Assembly (NCBI GenBank): GCA_963740315.1
Contig: CAVUDP010000002.1
Coordinates: forward strand, 800,001 to 864,000
Direction of reading: 5' to 3'
DNA length: 64,000 bases
Origin: an uncultured cyanobacterium
GTDB taxonomy: Bacteria; Cyanobacteriota; Cyanobacteriia; Cyanobacteriales; Nostocaceae
Part shown: one piece after another, positions 1 through 10,661 of the stretch
Numbering within the stretch: the stretch's first letter is position 1
Layout of the letters: every line of letters begins with the position of its first letter
Position numbers and translations under genes: made by a program
The notes under the pieces: generated by a model
The model's database searches: none
What the model saw: the letters and a program-made list of their open reading frames with translations, nothing else
What the model was told of the DNA's origin: nothing

Positions 1-2
1 GA

Positions 3-1508
3 TCTCAACCTCCGAAAAATGTAACCATCCAAAATAACTGGTTGGGTATTACATCACTCGAACAATTTCCTCAGAAGACTTCGGCTTTTGGGGTTTCGGT
101 ATTTAATGCCATAGGTACAACTATTAGCCGCAACCGCATCGCCAACCATGAAGGTAGCGGGATTATTACCGGAAAGTTAGCCGAAAATACCCAGGTAGAA
201 CAAAATATCATTGTTGGTAACGGTATTGCTGGGGTTCCCGATGCGATTAGATTAGAAGGACAAATTGATAATTCTCAAGTTACCTCAAACCTAATTTGCG
301 CTAACGATGGCAGCGGCGTGTACTTGTTTAAGCCTGAAGGGTCAGTACAAATACAGTCAAACAATATTAAATATAATGGTAGACGCTTGAGACGTGCGGG
401 TGTTTATTTGATGGGTAATAATCATCAAGTAACTAACAACCAAATTACCAATCAACCCGGTACTGGAGTTGCAATTACAGCTTATCCCGACAGCAAAGGA
501 AACATTGTTAGAGATAACAGCTTTGCCAATATTGAAGGATTGAGTATCGATCTCAACTATAGAAATACCGCCAGCGTCCGCGATTTCCAACGAGGAGACG
601 GCCCCAACCCACCCCGAAACTCTGGAAATCGTCGTTTGGATAGCGCTAACGGTGCCATCAACGCACCAGAATTTCTCAGTTCCGAATTTATTGTTATCAA
701 GGGTAAAGTAAATATCGATGGAAAAGCCGACCCCGGTAGCGAAATTGACATTTACCGCGTTATTCCGTCGAGCAAACAGCAAATCGATTTATACCCAGCT
801 TATTCCGCATTAGAGGAAGTAATTGCTAGAGTTCAAGCCGACGACAAAGGTAGATTTCAAGCCAGTTTTACAAACCTACAACCAGGGGAAATGATAAGCG
901 CGATCGCCACTTTGTCAAAATACGGAACCTCCGAACCAGCAGCGAATTCCGCGATTAAATCTGTTGGTAATTCTCAATTATTCCAAAATCCCCAACCTTT
1001 AAACGAAATTCCAAACTGTACAACTCGTCCGGTTACACCACCACCAGTAATTCCAGAACCAACACCAGAACCAACACCAGAACCAATACCCGAACCGACA
1101 CCAGAACCAATTCGTTTGAGCGTACCTAGAAATGTTCACTTTGCATTAGATAAAGACTTTATCAGTTCCAAGAGTGGAGAAATTCTAGATAAAATCGCTG
1201 TGGTAATGGAGCAATATCCCAACATAGTCATCGAACTACAGGGACATACCGACTCTCGCGCTAGCAATGCTTATAACCAAGATTTAGCAAAACGACGGGC
1301 TACAAATACGAGAAATTACTTAATTAAAAAAGGTATCGCATCGGAAAGAATGATTATTCGTTCCTTTGGTGAAAGGAAATTAAGAACAGAAGAGAATAAT
1401 GTTGTTGATTACGCACGCAACCGTCGAGTTGAAGTGTTGTTCTTAGATGTTAGGGGAATTGATATCGAATTTGAAAATCAGGAAGGAGATTTGCAGATAG
1501 AACAGTAA
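3..1508 (+). CDS. Beta-helix repeat surface protein with C-terminal OmpA-like peptidoglycan-binding domain (5' truncated by window edge)
   Basis: Frame is open from base 3. Asn/Gly-rich parallel beta-helix repeats, a PEPT linker, then OmpA motifs VHFALDK, GHTD..AS..YN..LA..RA, NRRVE. Confidence 0.85.
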   Translation, partial: SQPPKNVTIQNNWLGITSLEQFPQKTSAFGVSVFNAIGTTISRNRIANHEGSGIITGKLAENTQVEQNIIVGNGIAGVPDAIRLEGQIDNSQVTSNLICANDGSGVYLFKPEGSVQIQSNNIKYNGRRLRRAGVYLMGNNHQVTNNQITNQPGTGVAITAYPDSKGNIVRDNSFANIEGLSIDLNYRNTASVRDFQRGDGPNPPRNSGNRRLDSANGAINAPEFLSSEFIVIKGKVNIDGKADPGSEIDIYRVIPSSKQQIDLYPAYSALEEVIARVQADDKGRFQASFTNLQPGEMISAIATLSKYGTSEPAANSAIKSVGNSQLFQNPQPLNEIPNCTTRPVTPPPVIPEPTPEPTPEPIPEPTPEPIRLSVPRNVHFALDKDFISSKSGEILDKIAVVMEQYPNIVIELQGHTDSRASNAYNQDLAKRRATNTRNYLIKKGIASERMIIRSFGERKLRTEENNVVDYARNRRVEVLFLDVRGIDIEFENQEGDLQIEQ

Positions 1509-1517
1509 TTTCCCAAA

Positions 1518-1548
1518 TGTAGAGACGTAGCACTGCTATATCTCTACA
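1518..1548. repeat. GTAGAGACG REP-like palindrome
   Basis: TGTAGAGACGTAGCACTGCTATATCTCTACA. Relatives occur near 4645, 13522, 14555, 18413, 32996, 55548, 58246 and 62416. Confidence 0.8.
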
Positions 1549-1696
1549 TAAATCACATATACGACACAAATATTTTTTAAAGAGTAATTATACGGAAGTC
1601 AAAAATTATAAATAAAAATTTTAATGCCAGTTAGAAAATAAATTTTAAACCATCTTTATATTTACAAAAATTATCCGCATTAATTGGAACTAAACC

Positions 1697-4639
1697 ATGA
1701 AGTCTTTATTTAAACATTTAAGAGCGATCGCCACAAGGAATGAGAATAATGAATATAGGTACAAATTGAATGGTGTAAAAAGATTAGGAAAATTGCGCCA
1801 ATTACAACTTGGTATTTTATCTTTTTTCACAATGGCATCTGTACTGGTACTGCCGAATTCAGCAAGAGCAGCAACCACTACACTTAATTTTAATGACACA
1901 TCGCCAATTCGATTGAGCGGTAATGCATTATCTCAAGGTGCGGTTTATCGTTTTAGAAATGTGACTACTGGTGTAGACGCACTAGTAACAATTGCTCAAA
2001 TATCTAACTCAACTTTAGTATCATTAGATGATAATAGTAGTTTTTCGACTCGTTTTCAGCCAGTAATTAAGCAAATTGGGGCAAATCAAACCTCTTATAT
2101 TCGCTTTAATTTCCAGCTAGTTGTTTCTGGAACAACAACCCCGACATCTGTTCCAAATCTGTATTTCAGTTCTCAAGATACTGATGGAAATGGAGCAACT
2201 AATGGAGTCAGAGAATTTGTAGAAATTATAAATAGTCAGGTTACTTATATTCCAAATCCAACATTGTTAGTAAAGGAGTCTCCAATAGCAGGTGGTGTGA
2301 GATACCAAATAACGGATTCAAGCAATGTTCAACCTGGAATTGGAACCGACGATAGATACGAATTATATAGTTATATCGGGGCTTCTGTATCTAATTTTTC
2401 TGTTATTGGAGGTAGCTCGTCAGGTTCTAACACGGCTTGTAACAGTACTACTAATGCTGGCTGCGATCGACAAAATTCTTATACTTTTAACATCGTTGAC
2501 GTTCAACCATTAGATTTTGGGGATGCACCTTCTACTTATGAGCCTACCAGCTATGCGGCTCATCCAGTTCCCCCAACACTGAGCGTTTTCTTTGGAGCAA
2601 CTGTAGACGGTGATGATGCTCCTAACTACTCAACAAACGCTGATGGAGACGATCTTGCGGGTAGCGACGATGAAGATGGTGTAACAAGCTTTCCGGCTTT
2701 AACAACAAGCTCTACAAGTTATAGCGTTACTGCATCCTGTAAAGGAAGCAATATACCTGTCGCTGCATGGATTGATTTCAACCGAAATGGTGTTTTTGAT
2801 ACGGGTGAACGCACTTCTGGAACCTGTAATAATACCTCTGTAACCTTGAATTGGACGGGATTAACAGGACTTTCTGCTGGCAAAACCTATGCTCGTTTTC
2901 GGATTGCCAGTATTGCTTCAGAAATTACTAGTCCAAATACTACAGCTAGCAATGGTGAAGTTGAGGATTATCAAATTACGATTGCTCCTGTCATTACCAC
3001 TATCTCCGGTACAGTTTACGAAGATTTTGGTGCAAGTGGCAACAATAACAATACATTTGATAATGGTGAAGGGACTATCGGCAACGTCACCGTACAGTTA
3101 TTTAAAGATGATAATGACGATAACCAACCTGATGGTGCAGCAATTAAAACTGTAGAAACCGATTCTGCAACGGGTGCTTATCAATTCACAGAAGTTCCTT
3201 CTGGTAAGTATTTGATTCAAGTTGACACCAGAGATACCGACATTCCTAGTACTTACGCTATTGGTACACCCAACCCCATAAAAATCAATGTCTCCGCTGA
3301 TGTCACAAACCAGAATTTTGGCTTCAACACCGTCTCAAAAAGTTGCCCTCCCGGTAGTTTTCTTTCCGAACAAACATTCCTCAATTTTCAAAACCCAACT
3401 GCCGAACCCGGTACTACCGCAGGACAATACAATGTTGGTGCTGTTTACCGTTTCGCAAATGTTGCTGCCGATATTGATGCTTTAGTAGAAATTAAGGCTT
3501 TAAATAACGCTACTTTAACTGAGATAGACCTTAGCAGTTTTGGCGTACAAAGCGCTTTTCAGCCAGAAGTTAGGGCTAATTCCACCAATCAAGGTGAATA
3601 CAGCGCTGACTTTGAGATTCGCTTCGTGCAGTCTGCTACAACCACACCAGTTGAACTCAGAAAAGTGTTAGCTACAGGTATTGACATTGATGGGGATAGC
3701 GGACAAGTACGAGAATTTTCGGAGCTTGGCGGTAATCAATTTACTGATTATGCGATTGATAGTAACTCTAACTTAACCGCAACAGAGTTAAGCGCGACTA
3801 GAGTTAAGTTTGAAAGTAAAACTAGCTTTAATTTGAATAGCATTACTATCAATCCCTCAAATCAGGGAAGTGCTTTTTATGATAACAATACTCAGACAAT
3901 TAATTATCGGGCTGGTTTAATTATCGATGCTGGTAACGGTCAAAACGTTGCCAACCAAAGACTCACTTCACTTATTTTTGACTGCGTAGAATACAACCTT
4001 GCTGTTACTACTAATCCAAATGTACTATTAGTCAAACGCATCACCGCAGTCAACGGCTCAACAAGCACCTTTGACGGCGACAACTTGGCAGTATACAAAG
4101 ACGAAGCCACCAATCCCTACGATGACAATAATATAACCGTCACCAATCCTAACCCACCGACAACCCCCGCAGATACAGAGAATTGGCCAGATCCAAATAC
4201 CTTCCTAATCGGTGGAATCAACGGTGGTAAAGTAAAACCCGATGACGAATTAGAATATACTATTTACTACCTCTCCGCTGGAGATAGCGAAGCAAAGAGC
4301 GTTTTATTTTGCGATCGCGTTCCTTCTAACGTCACTTTCATCCCCAACAGTTTTAACAATCAAGCTCAAGCAACGGGAGGATTACAAAATGCAGATAGAG
4401 GCATTTTATGGTTGAAAGATGGTAATACAGAATCTTTAACTAATGCTCAAGATGGGGATTTCGGGCAATACTTTCCCCCTAGTATTGAACCTTCTACCGT
4501 TTATCCCAACATTAAATGCGACGGTGCAAATACTAACGGTGCGGTTGTTGTAAATTTGGGTGATTTACCTAACGCTACCGCTCCCGGAACACCTAATACT
4601 TCTTATGGTTTCATTAAATTTAGGGGACGAGTTAAGTAA
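1697..4639 (+). CDS. Large secreted adhesin-like protein (duplicated beta domain, GEVED, SdrD-B-like, DUF11-like C-terminus)
   Basis: Signal-like segment ending SARA; DFGDAP and GEVEDY motifs; ISGTVYED..G.Y.F..VP.G.Y; C-terminal LLVKRIT...PDDELEYTIY...CD...YGFIKFR. Confidence 0.8.
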   Translation: MKSLFKHLRAIATRNENNEYRYKLNGVKRLGKLRQLQLGILSFFTMASVLVLPNSARAATTTLNFNDTSPIRLSGNALSQGAVYRFRNVTTGVDALVTIAQISNSTLVSLDDNSSFSTRFQPVIKQIGANQTSYIRFNFQLVVSGTTTPTSVPNLYFSSQDTDGNGATNGVREFVEIINSQVTYIPNPTLLVKESPIAGGVRYQITDSSNVQPGIGTDDRYELYSYIGASVSNFSVIGGSSSGSNTACNSTTNAGCDRQNSYTFNIVDVQPLDFGDAPSTYEPTSYAAHPVPPTLSVFFGATVDGDDAPNYSTNADGDDLAGSDDEDGVTSFPALTTSSTSYSVTASCKGSNIPVAAWIDFNRNGVFDTGERTSGTCNNTSVTLNWTGLTGLSAGKTYARFRIASIASEITSPNTTASNGEVEDYQITIAPVITTISGTVYEDFGASGNNNNTFDNGEGTIGNVTVQLFKDDNDDNQPDGAAIKTVETDSATGAYQFTEVPSGKYLIQVDTRDTDIPSTYAIGTPNPIKINVSADVTNQNFGFNTVSKSCPPGSFLSEQTFLNFQNPTAEPGTTAGQYNVGAVYRFANVAADIDALVEIKALNNATLTEIDLSSFGVQSAFQPEVRANSTNQGEYSADFEIRFVQSATTTPVELRKVLATGIDIDGDSGQVREFSELGGNQFTDYAIDSNSNLTATELSATRVKFESKTSFNLNSITINPSNQGSAFYDNNTQTINYRAGLIIDAGNGQNVANQRLTSLIFDCVEYNLAVTTNPNVLLVKRITAVNGSTSTFDGDNLAVYKDEATNPYDDNNITVTNPNPPTTPADTENWPDPNTFLIGGINGGKVKPDDELEYTIYYLSAGDSEAKSVLFCDRVPSNVTFIPNSFNNQAQATGGLQNADRGILWLKDGNTESLTNAQDGDFGQYFPPSIEPSTVYPNIKCDGANTNGAVVVNLGDLPNATAPGTPNTSYGFIKFRGRVK

Positions 4640-4644
4640 TTTGG

Positions 4645-4674
4645 TGTAGAGACGCGATATATCGCGTCTCTACA
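4645..4674. repeat. Perfect 30-bp REP-like palindrome between convergent genes
   Basis: TGTAGAGACGCGATATATCGCGTCTCTACA. Confidence 0.85.
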
Positions 4675-5041
4675 TTCTTTATCTATAATTTCTCAATTTC
4701 ATCAAGATTTAACCCCGTCGTTTCTACAATCAAATTAATTTCAATACCTCTGGCTTTCAAAGATTTAGCGATTTCGATTTTTGCTTGTTTCATTCCTTCT
4801 TCTTTCCCTTCTTTCCTTCCTCGTAATTCTCCCGTGACTGCTGCGCTTTCAATCACGCTCATTTCATATCTTTTATCTTCCAGATATTTTTGATATGCAG
4901 CCTTTTCTGCTTTTGATAAATTCTCAATTTTCAAATTATCTTTTGCTTGAGCTAATCCTTGGGCTTGAAATTCGTCTTTGATTTCGCTATTTTTCAAGAA
5001 ATATATCCATTCGTCTAAACTATCTTTGGCTACGTCGTTAA

Positions 5042-5863
5042 GAGGATGTTTTAAAAGTCGAACTAGGTCAAAAAATCATGCGAGTCGCCGAACCATAATA
5101 CGTATCATGGCGATATAAATAAAAGTCTCCGAGGGACAAAGCCCTTTTTCTCCAAAGGTCTAAGCACAATCTCTACAATCCATCGGAACATATCCATCAC
5201 CCAGCGCATAAAATCTTCTCCTCGGTATCCCCCATCCATCCAAATTGTATGTAATCGATTCACGCGATCGCTTCCCATATCATGAACTTGCTTGAGGACT
5301 TTTTTGGCTCCTTGACGCTCTGGAATTGAAGCGGATGTTACCAAAACTCGTAACACAAGTCCCAGTAAATCCACAGTTAGATGTCGTTTACGTCCATGTA
5401 TTTTTTTACCAGCGTCATAACCAACTTCCTGAGATATCATAGTTGCTGTTTCTACTGATTGACTGTCAACAGCAGCCTCCGAAGGACTTGGTTGACGGTC
5501 TGCCGCAACCCTAACCCACTGGTAGAGTTTGTCATGTACCATAAGCCACGTACCATCTTTCTGCCATCTACGAAAGTAGCCATAAACTGTTTGCCAAGCT
5601 GGAAAATCTCCGGGCAATGCTCGCCATGTACACCCTTGACAAAGTACGTACATAATCGCATTTATTACTGCATAAATTGGTACTTTTCTTGGACGACCAC
5701 CTGGTTTTGTCTCAGGGAATAAATCGGCAATTAATTCCCACTGCTCCCACGTCAAATTGTTAGGATATGTTTTAGTCATTGCTCGCAAGGTGCTGATGTC
5801 TTCAATTTCAGCTTAAGCCTTGTGAGCTTTTTTACAACAGCCCCCCACTTTTAAAACATCCTC
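5042..5863 (-). mobile_element. IS5-family (IS1031-like) insertion sequence, 822 bp, internally deleted
   Basis: Perfect 17-bp terminal inverted repeats GAGGATGTTTTAAAAGT (5042-5058, 5847-5863) with a TAA target duplication (5039-5041, 5864-5866). Confidence 0.93.
5077..5788 (-). pseudogene. IS5-family transposase, frameshifted by an internal deletion
   Basis: YP..LT.EQW, GC.WR.LP.DFP.W.TVY, DSQSV, GYDAGKKI.GRKRH, W.DGGY. After KGFV the RW.VERT segment is missing, and the normal tail SETFIYIAMIRIMVRRLA lies in another frame. Confidence 0.88.
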
Positions 5864-6605
5864 TAAAATTATTAACCCTTAAAACGTAGTATTCCGGAAA
5901 TATTTCATATACTTCTTCAATCTTAAATACTTCCTTCTGCAAATCTGAAGGTTCTAACTTATCGTTAACATGAATTCCGTAAAAATCTACTTTTCCTTTA
6001 TAAATATAATCCCTTCCTTGCCCTAATGAGAAGTAAACAATATTAATTGAATAAACTTTTTTTACTTTACTGTAAGCTTCCCCTTTACCAAGATATTCGC
6101 TAATTAATGACGATACACCATACAGCATTCGGTGGAAGTAATCATTTTCGGCGCTGTTTTGAACTTCGATTAATAGTAATTCATCTTTAGTATTTTTAGC
6201 TAAAATATCAACTCGATTTAATTTATTCTCTTCCGTCAATCGATTGCTTTCGCTTTCTAAAATAGAATCAATTTTGATATCTTCTTTTAATAACTCGCTG
6301 AGAAATCCTTCTAAAACAACGTAATTAGCTTTATCCCGCAATAGTTTTTTGATTGCCCAGTCGAAGCGAATGTATTTTTCTGCCATGATTATATTTGCGA
6401 TTAAAAGCAGAATGTTATTTTAAGTTTTATTGTAAAAGGAATTAGGCGCTCCAGGATGCCCACCCCACAATAAAAATCTTTTAAATCATTAAAAATTTAC
6501 GTAAAGCCCCCCTTTTTAAGGGGGGTTGGGGGGATCTAAACGATTGGAATAGTTATTTTATCGTTGCGGTTGCGTAAACCCTGTGATTATTTAAAGCATT
6601 ATCGA

Positions 6606-6863
6606 TTATCCACCACTGACGGGAGGAATTAATACAACTTCATCGCCATCATGTAAGAGAGTATCTGGTTCGACAAAATCTAAATTTACGCCAAATCTGG
6701 TTACATCTCGCCACTGTTCGAGTTCGGGATGTTCTTGGATCAAATGTTCTCTTACTTGCAATACTGGGGTATTTTCGGGAAATTCTAGCGTTAATTCCGG
6801 TACGTCGTATGCTTCTTGATAAGCCGCAAATAATTTAACGTTGATTTTTATAGAATTAGGCAT
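6606..6863 (-). CDS. moaD: Molybdopterin synthase sulfur carrier subunit (MoaD/ThiS family)
   Basis: VKLFA start and DGDEVVLIPPVSGG C-terminus. Confidence 0.92.
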   Translation of the reverse strand: MPNSIKINVKLFAAYQEAYDVPELTLEFPENTPVLQVREHLIQEHPELEQWRDVTRFGVNLDFVEPDTLLHDGDEVVLIPPVSGG

Positions 6864-7053
6864 GGGAGAATAGGTTAAAGGTCTGCACGTTAAAAGTATT
6901 GAATTTATTTAACGTTTCCTACTTTTATTTTCCATAAGAATTATTATCATCGTTCGCGGGAAGGGGATATTATTTCATTCTTTAGATAGTGTGTTATCTC
7001 CAGAGCATCTTCTAAGGTGATAAGTTAAGTTACATCGGAAAAAAGATAAGAAT

Positions 7054-7239
7054 ATGAGCGAAGATACAGCAAAAAATCAAGCTGAAAAAGAAAATCCCAA
7101 AGAAGAAGCACCAGAATTAAGTCCGGAAGTACTTGACAAAATCAAGCATCCCCCATCAATTAACAATACACTCCTGAACCAATCCCCCGACGAACTCAAA
7201 GGAAACCCCGCAGTATCCCCCGAAATGCTGGACGACTGA
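7054..7239 (+). CDS. Small acidic hypothetical protein
   Basis: 61-aa ATG ORF, Glu/Pro-rich, fills the gap between genes. No family recognised. Confidence 0.5.
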   Translation: MSEDTAKNQAEKENPKEEAPELSPEVLDKIKHPPSINNTLLNQSPDELKGNPAVSPEMLDD

Positions 7240-7240
7240 A

Positions 7241-7406
7241 AACAGTGAACAGTGAACAGTGAGCAGTTAGGAGTTAGGACCACCGGAGTTAAGAATTAAG
7301 AAGTAAGAAGTAAGAAGTATTTTCTTCTTGTCCCCTTGTCTCCTCCTCTACCCCCTCTCCCCCCTCTACCCCCTCTCCCCCCTCTACCCATCTCCCCACA
7401 CATCCC
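7241..7406. repeat. STRR short tandem repeat tract (CAGTGAA, AAGTAAG, CCCCTCT types)
   Basis: Visible 7-9 nt tandem units. Similar tracts lie at about 8330-8466, 10512-10660, 12049-12215, 36005-36340, 45232-45330 and 53430-53590. Confidence 0.85.
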
Positions 7407-8330
7407 ATGTTCTCTGCGATCTACTCCGACGAATTTCTCGAACACCTTACCGGAAGAGGACATCCGGAAAAGCCGGAGCGTTTAAGTGCTATTACTTCGG
7501 CTTTGAAGTCAGCTGCTTTTTCCAAGCAAATTAAATGGATCTCGCCAACTCCGGTAAACGAAAGTTCGCCGATCGCTTTGATTGAGGAAATTCATTCGCC
7601 GCGCTATATCCGTAAAGTTAAGGAGATTGCTGCCGACGGTGGTGGCTTTTTGGATACAGATACTTATGTTTCTCCTCGCAGCTATGATGTGGCTTTGTTG
7701 GCGGTGAATGCTTGGCTGGATGGGGTGGATATTGTTTTAGAAACTGGTAAACCTGCTTTTGTATTATCGCGTCCTCCGGGGCACCATGCGGAAAGCGATT
7801 ATGGTATGGGATTCTGCTTGTTTTCTAACGCCGCGATCGCAGCTTTCCACGCTTTGAAAAAACCCTCCGTTAACCGCGTCGCAATTCTTGATTGGGATGT
7901 ACATCACGGTAACGGTACTCAAGCGATCGTTGAAAATAATCCCGAAATTGCTTATTGTTCGCTGCATCAATACCCCTGTTATCCCGGAACGGGTAAATCT
8001 TCAGAACGGGGTATAAACAATAATGTATTAAATTTACCGATCCCTCCCCGTAGCGACATTAGTATTTATCAACCGGCATTTGAGAAAGAGGTATTTCCCT
8101 TCTTATCCAAGTTTCAGCCAGATTTACTCATAGTCAGCGCCGGTTACGATGCTAACGCCGCCGATCCTTTAGCAGGGATAAATTTACAACCAGAAGACTA
8201 CGGTTTATTTACGCAATATTGCTTAAAGGTAACTAGTAAAATCTTATTTGGTTTAGAAGGTGGTTATGATTTACCAACGCTTTGTCAATCGGTTTTAGCA
8301 ACCGTTGAGAAATGTTTGGAACGGGGATAA
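7407..8330 (+). CDS. Histone deacetylase family protein
   Basis: HPEKPERL, RPPGHHA, GFCLFSN, DWDVHHGNGTQ, SAGYD, LEGGY. Confidence 0.95.
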   Translation: MFSAIYSDEFLEHLTGRGHPEKPERLSAITSALKSAAFSKQIKWISPTPVNESSPIALIEEIHSPRYIRKVKEIAADGGGFLDTDTYVSPRSYDVALLAVNAWLDGVDIVLETGKPAFVLSRPPGHHAESDYGMGFCLFSNAAIAAFHALKKPSVNRVAILDWDVHHGNGTQAIVENNPEIAYCSLHQYPCYPGTGKSSERGINNNVLNLPIPPRSDISIYQPAFEKEVFPFLSKFQPDLLIVSAGYDANAADPLAGINLQPEDYGLFTQYCLKVTSKILFGLEGGYDLPTLCQSVLATVEKCLERG

Positions 8331-8466
8331 GGGATTGGGAGAGGGGGTAGAGGGGGAAGAGGGGGAAGAGGGGGTAGAGGGGGTAGAGGGGGAGATGGCG
8401 GGACAAAAATTAACTCCTAACTCCTAACAACTAACAACTAACTCCTAACTCCGGTGGTCCTAACTC

Positions 8467-10416
8467 CTAACCCTTAACTCCTAACTGCTCGCTGTTAACT
8501 GCTAACTGGTCACTGTTAAGAGTTTCTTCAAAAACTTCTAAATCAAACCAAAATGTGGTACCGATACCTACTTCGCTAATCAAAAAGACTTGAGTGTGAT
8601 GTTTATCTTCAAGAATATTTCGGACAATTGATAGTCCTAAACCAGTTCCTTCAAGAGTATGGACGCGGTTTTCAACTCGGAAAAAGCGGTCGAAAATCGC
8701 TTTTTGGTCTTCGGAAGCAATACCAATTCCTGTATCGCCAATTTCTACGCGCACGCGGGGTATTAAAGCATTTAACTCTGTTTGCGGTCGAAGTTGGTAA
8801 GCGCGGAGTGCAACTTTTCCACCGGCTCTGGTAAACTTGAGTCCGTTACCAATTAAATTTGCTAATACTTGCAACAATAGATCGTAATGCCCTCTTACTA
8901 AAGGCAAGTTTGGAGCTATATCTTGGATTAATTCAATACCTTTATCTCTAGCATTTAATTGGTAAGTACGCAGGGTTTGTTCGACGGCTTGAGCTAAATC
9001 AACTCCATCCATGCTGTAGCTGCGTCCAGATTCCAATTTTGATAAATCTAATACGTCATTAACTAAACGAGCAAGTCTATCGGTTTCGTTATTAACTGTT
9101 TGCAAGAATTCTTTTCGCTGTTCTATATCCAATTCTTCGCCGTATTCGTGCAAAGTTTCAATAAAAGATTTGATATTAAATAAAGGCGTTCGTAATTCGT
9201 GGGAAACGTTGCTGATAAATTGACTTTTTGCTTCATTCAACTCTACTTCGCGAGTGATATCTTGAATGGTAATTGCAATACCTTTGATACTTTCTCGCTG
9301 CTGGTTGATAACTGTAGTTAAAAGAATGCGGATAGTTCTTCTAATGGGTTGATTGATAGTAACGCGAAATTCGGCGCGTTCTAAATCTCCTGCCGTCATT
9401 CTGTGCAAATAACGGTTAATTTCTAACTGCATCGACGCAGGAATATAATTTAACACGCTATTACCAACTACTTCAGCTTCTTCCCAACCAAAAATGGTTT
9501 TCGCCGTAGGATTGACTAAAATTACCTGCATATCGTTGTCAATCAAAATCGCACCATCGGCAATAGTAGAAACCAAAGTTTCCAACTTAGCTTTTTCAGC
9601 AGTTAATTCTTCAATATTTTGTTCTTCATAGCCCTCCAAACGCTCAGCCATTTCGTTAAAGCTGAGAATTAACTCTTTGAGTTCTCCGGAAAATTCTAAC
9701 TCGATTCGCTGTTTGAAATTACCCGCAGCAATTTGTTTGACTCCCGCCAATAATTCCTTAATTGGCTTAGTAATAGTCAAAGCATTAATTACCCCTCCCA
9801 AAATCACCATTACCCAAATCGAGATAAACACTGCGATCGTCACATCGCGGGTAAAATTGTTAGAAATAACAGCAGTTTGGTTGGGATTAATACCAACTGA
9901 CAACACGCCCAAATACTTACCATTCGCATTCATTGGGACAAACACATCAGTAACTTCCCCATCCGGTGAATTATGGTGGCGCACCATTGGCTTTTCCACA
10001 TCAGCAGCGTAGTCTTCGGGTAGTTCAATCCTGCGTTTGATAGTCAGCGAATTTCCTACTTCCGGCTCCCAAAAAGGAATGCCAAAAAATATTTTTCCAG
10101 TTTCATCAGCGTAAAGCATATAGCGCACGCTGGAAGTACTGCTATAGAAACGTTGAGAAAACTGAGCCACCTCAGTATAATCTTCCTCAGCCAAGAAAGG
10201 CACAACATTCGCAGCCAACAGCAAACCCAAATCTCGTCCAAAGCGAGTATCGTTGAGACGTGCATCCTGCTGAATAGTATTTACCGCCCAAAACGTCAAA
10301 CCGCTCATCACCAAAGACACAACCAGAGTGACAGCCGCCAACAGCCTTGTTTGGAGATTAAAATCCGACCACCAATTGGCGATCGCGTCCGTAATTGTTT
10401 TTGAAAGAGCTAACAT
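8467..10416 (-). CDS. nblS: Sensor histidine kinase NblS/Hik33/DspA
   Basis: Two TM segments, HAMP, PAS, VSHELRTPL, HATPase (RVHTLEGTGLGL). The N-terminal WAVNTIQ.DA.LNDTRFGRDLGLLLA and adjacency to purD are characteristic. Confidence 0.93.
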   Translation of the reverse strand: MLALSKTITDAIANWWSDFNLQTRLLAAVTLVVSLVMSGLTFWAVNTIQQDARLNDTRFGRDLGLLLAANVVPFLAEEDYTEVAQFSQRFYSSTSSVRYMLYADETGKIFFGIPFWEPEVGNSLTIKRRIELPEDYAADVEKPMVRHHNSPDGEVTDVFVPMNANGKYLGVLSVGINPNQTAVISNNFTRDVTIAVFISIWVMVILGGVINALTITKPIKELLAGVKQIAAGNFKQRIELEFSGELKELILSFNEMAERLEGYEEQNIEELTAEKAKLETLVSTIADGAILIDNDMQVILVNPTAKTIFGWEEAEVVGNSVLNYIPASMQLEINRYLHRMTAGDLERAEFRVTINQPIRRTIRILLTTVINQQRESIKGIAITIQDITREVELNEAKSQFISNVSHELRTPLFNIKSFIETLHEYGEELDIEQRKEFLQTVNNETDRLARLVNDVLDLSKLESGRSYSMDGVDLAQAVEQTLRTYQLNARDKGIELIQDIAPNLPLVRGHYDLLLQVLANLIGNGLKFTRAGGKVALRAYQLRPQTELNALIPRVRVEIGDTGIGIASEDQKAIFDRFFRVENRVHTLEGTGLGLSIVRNILEDKHHTQVFLISEVGIGTTFWFDLEVFEETLNSDQLAVNSEQLGVKG

Positions 10417-10661
10417 TTTAAATTTAAATTAAGTTGTCGTAGTTTTTTTAAGACAACCCCAACAACTAAAAGTTAACAGCTAAGTTGACAAACTTGGAAG
10501 AAAGTTCGGAATTGGGGATTGGGCATGGGGGAGATGGGGAGATGGGGGGATGGGGAGATGGGGAGATGGGGGGATGGGGAGAGGGGGGAGAGGGGGAGAG
10601 GGGGTAGAAAATCAACTCCTAACTCCTAACTCCGGTGGTCCCAACTCCTAACTCCTCACCT

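Larger units (their letters stand above)
4683..6386 (-). pseudogene. Rpn-family (PD-(D/E)XK nuclease / putative transposase) gene interrupted by an IS
   Basis: N-half has RFDWAIKKLLR, RVDILA, IEVQ. Removing the IS and one TAA copy restores the frame ...LRVNNF-NDVAKDSLDEWIYFLKNSEIK... to the typical EG..EG..EIAKSL...TGL..DEIEKL end. Confidence 0.9.

Noticed and set aside
357..3485. Short antisense and alternate-frame ORFs inside long genes (also throughout the window)
   Set aside because: They are shadow ORFs overlapping well-supported genes and show no recognisable motifs.
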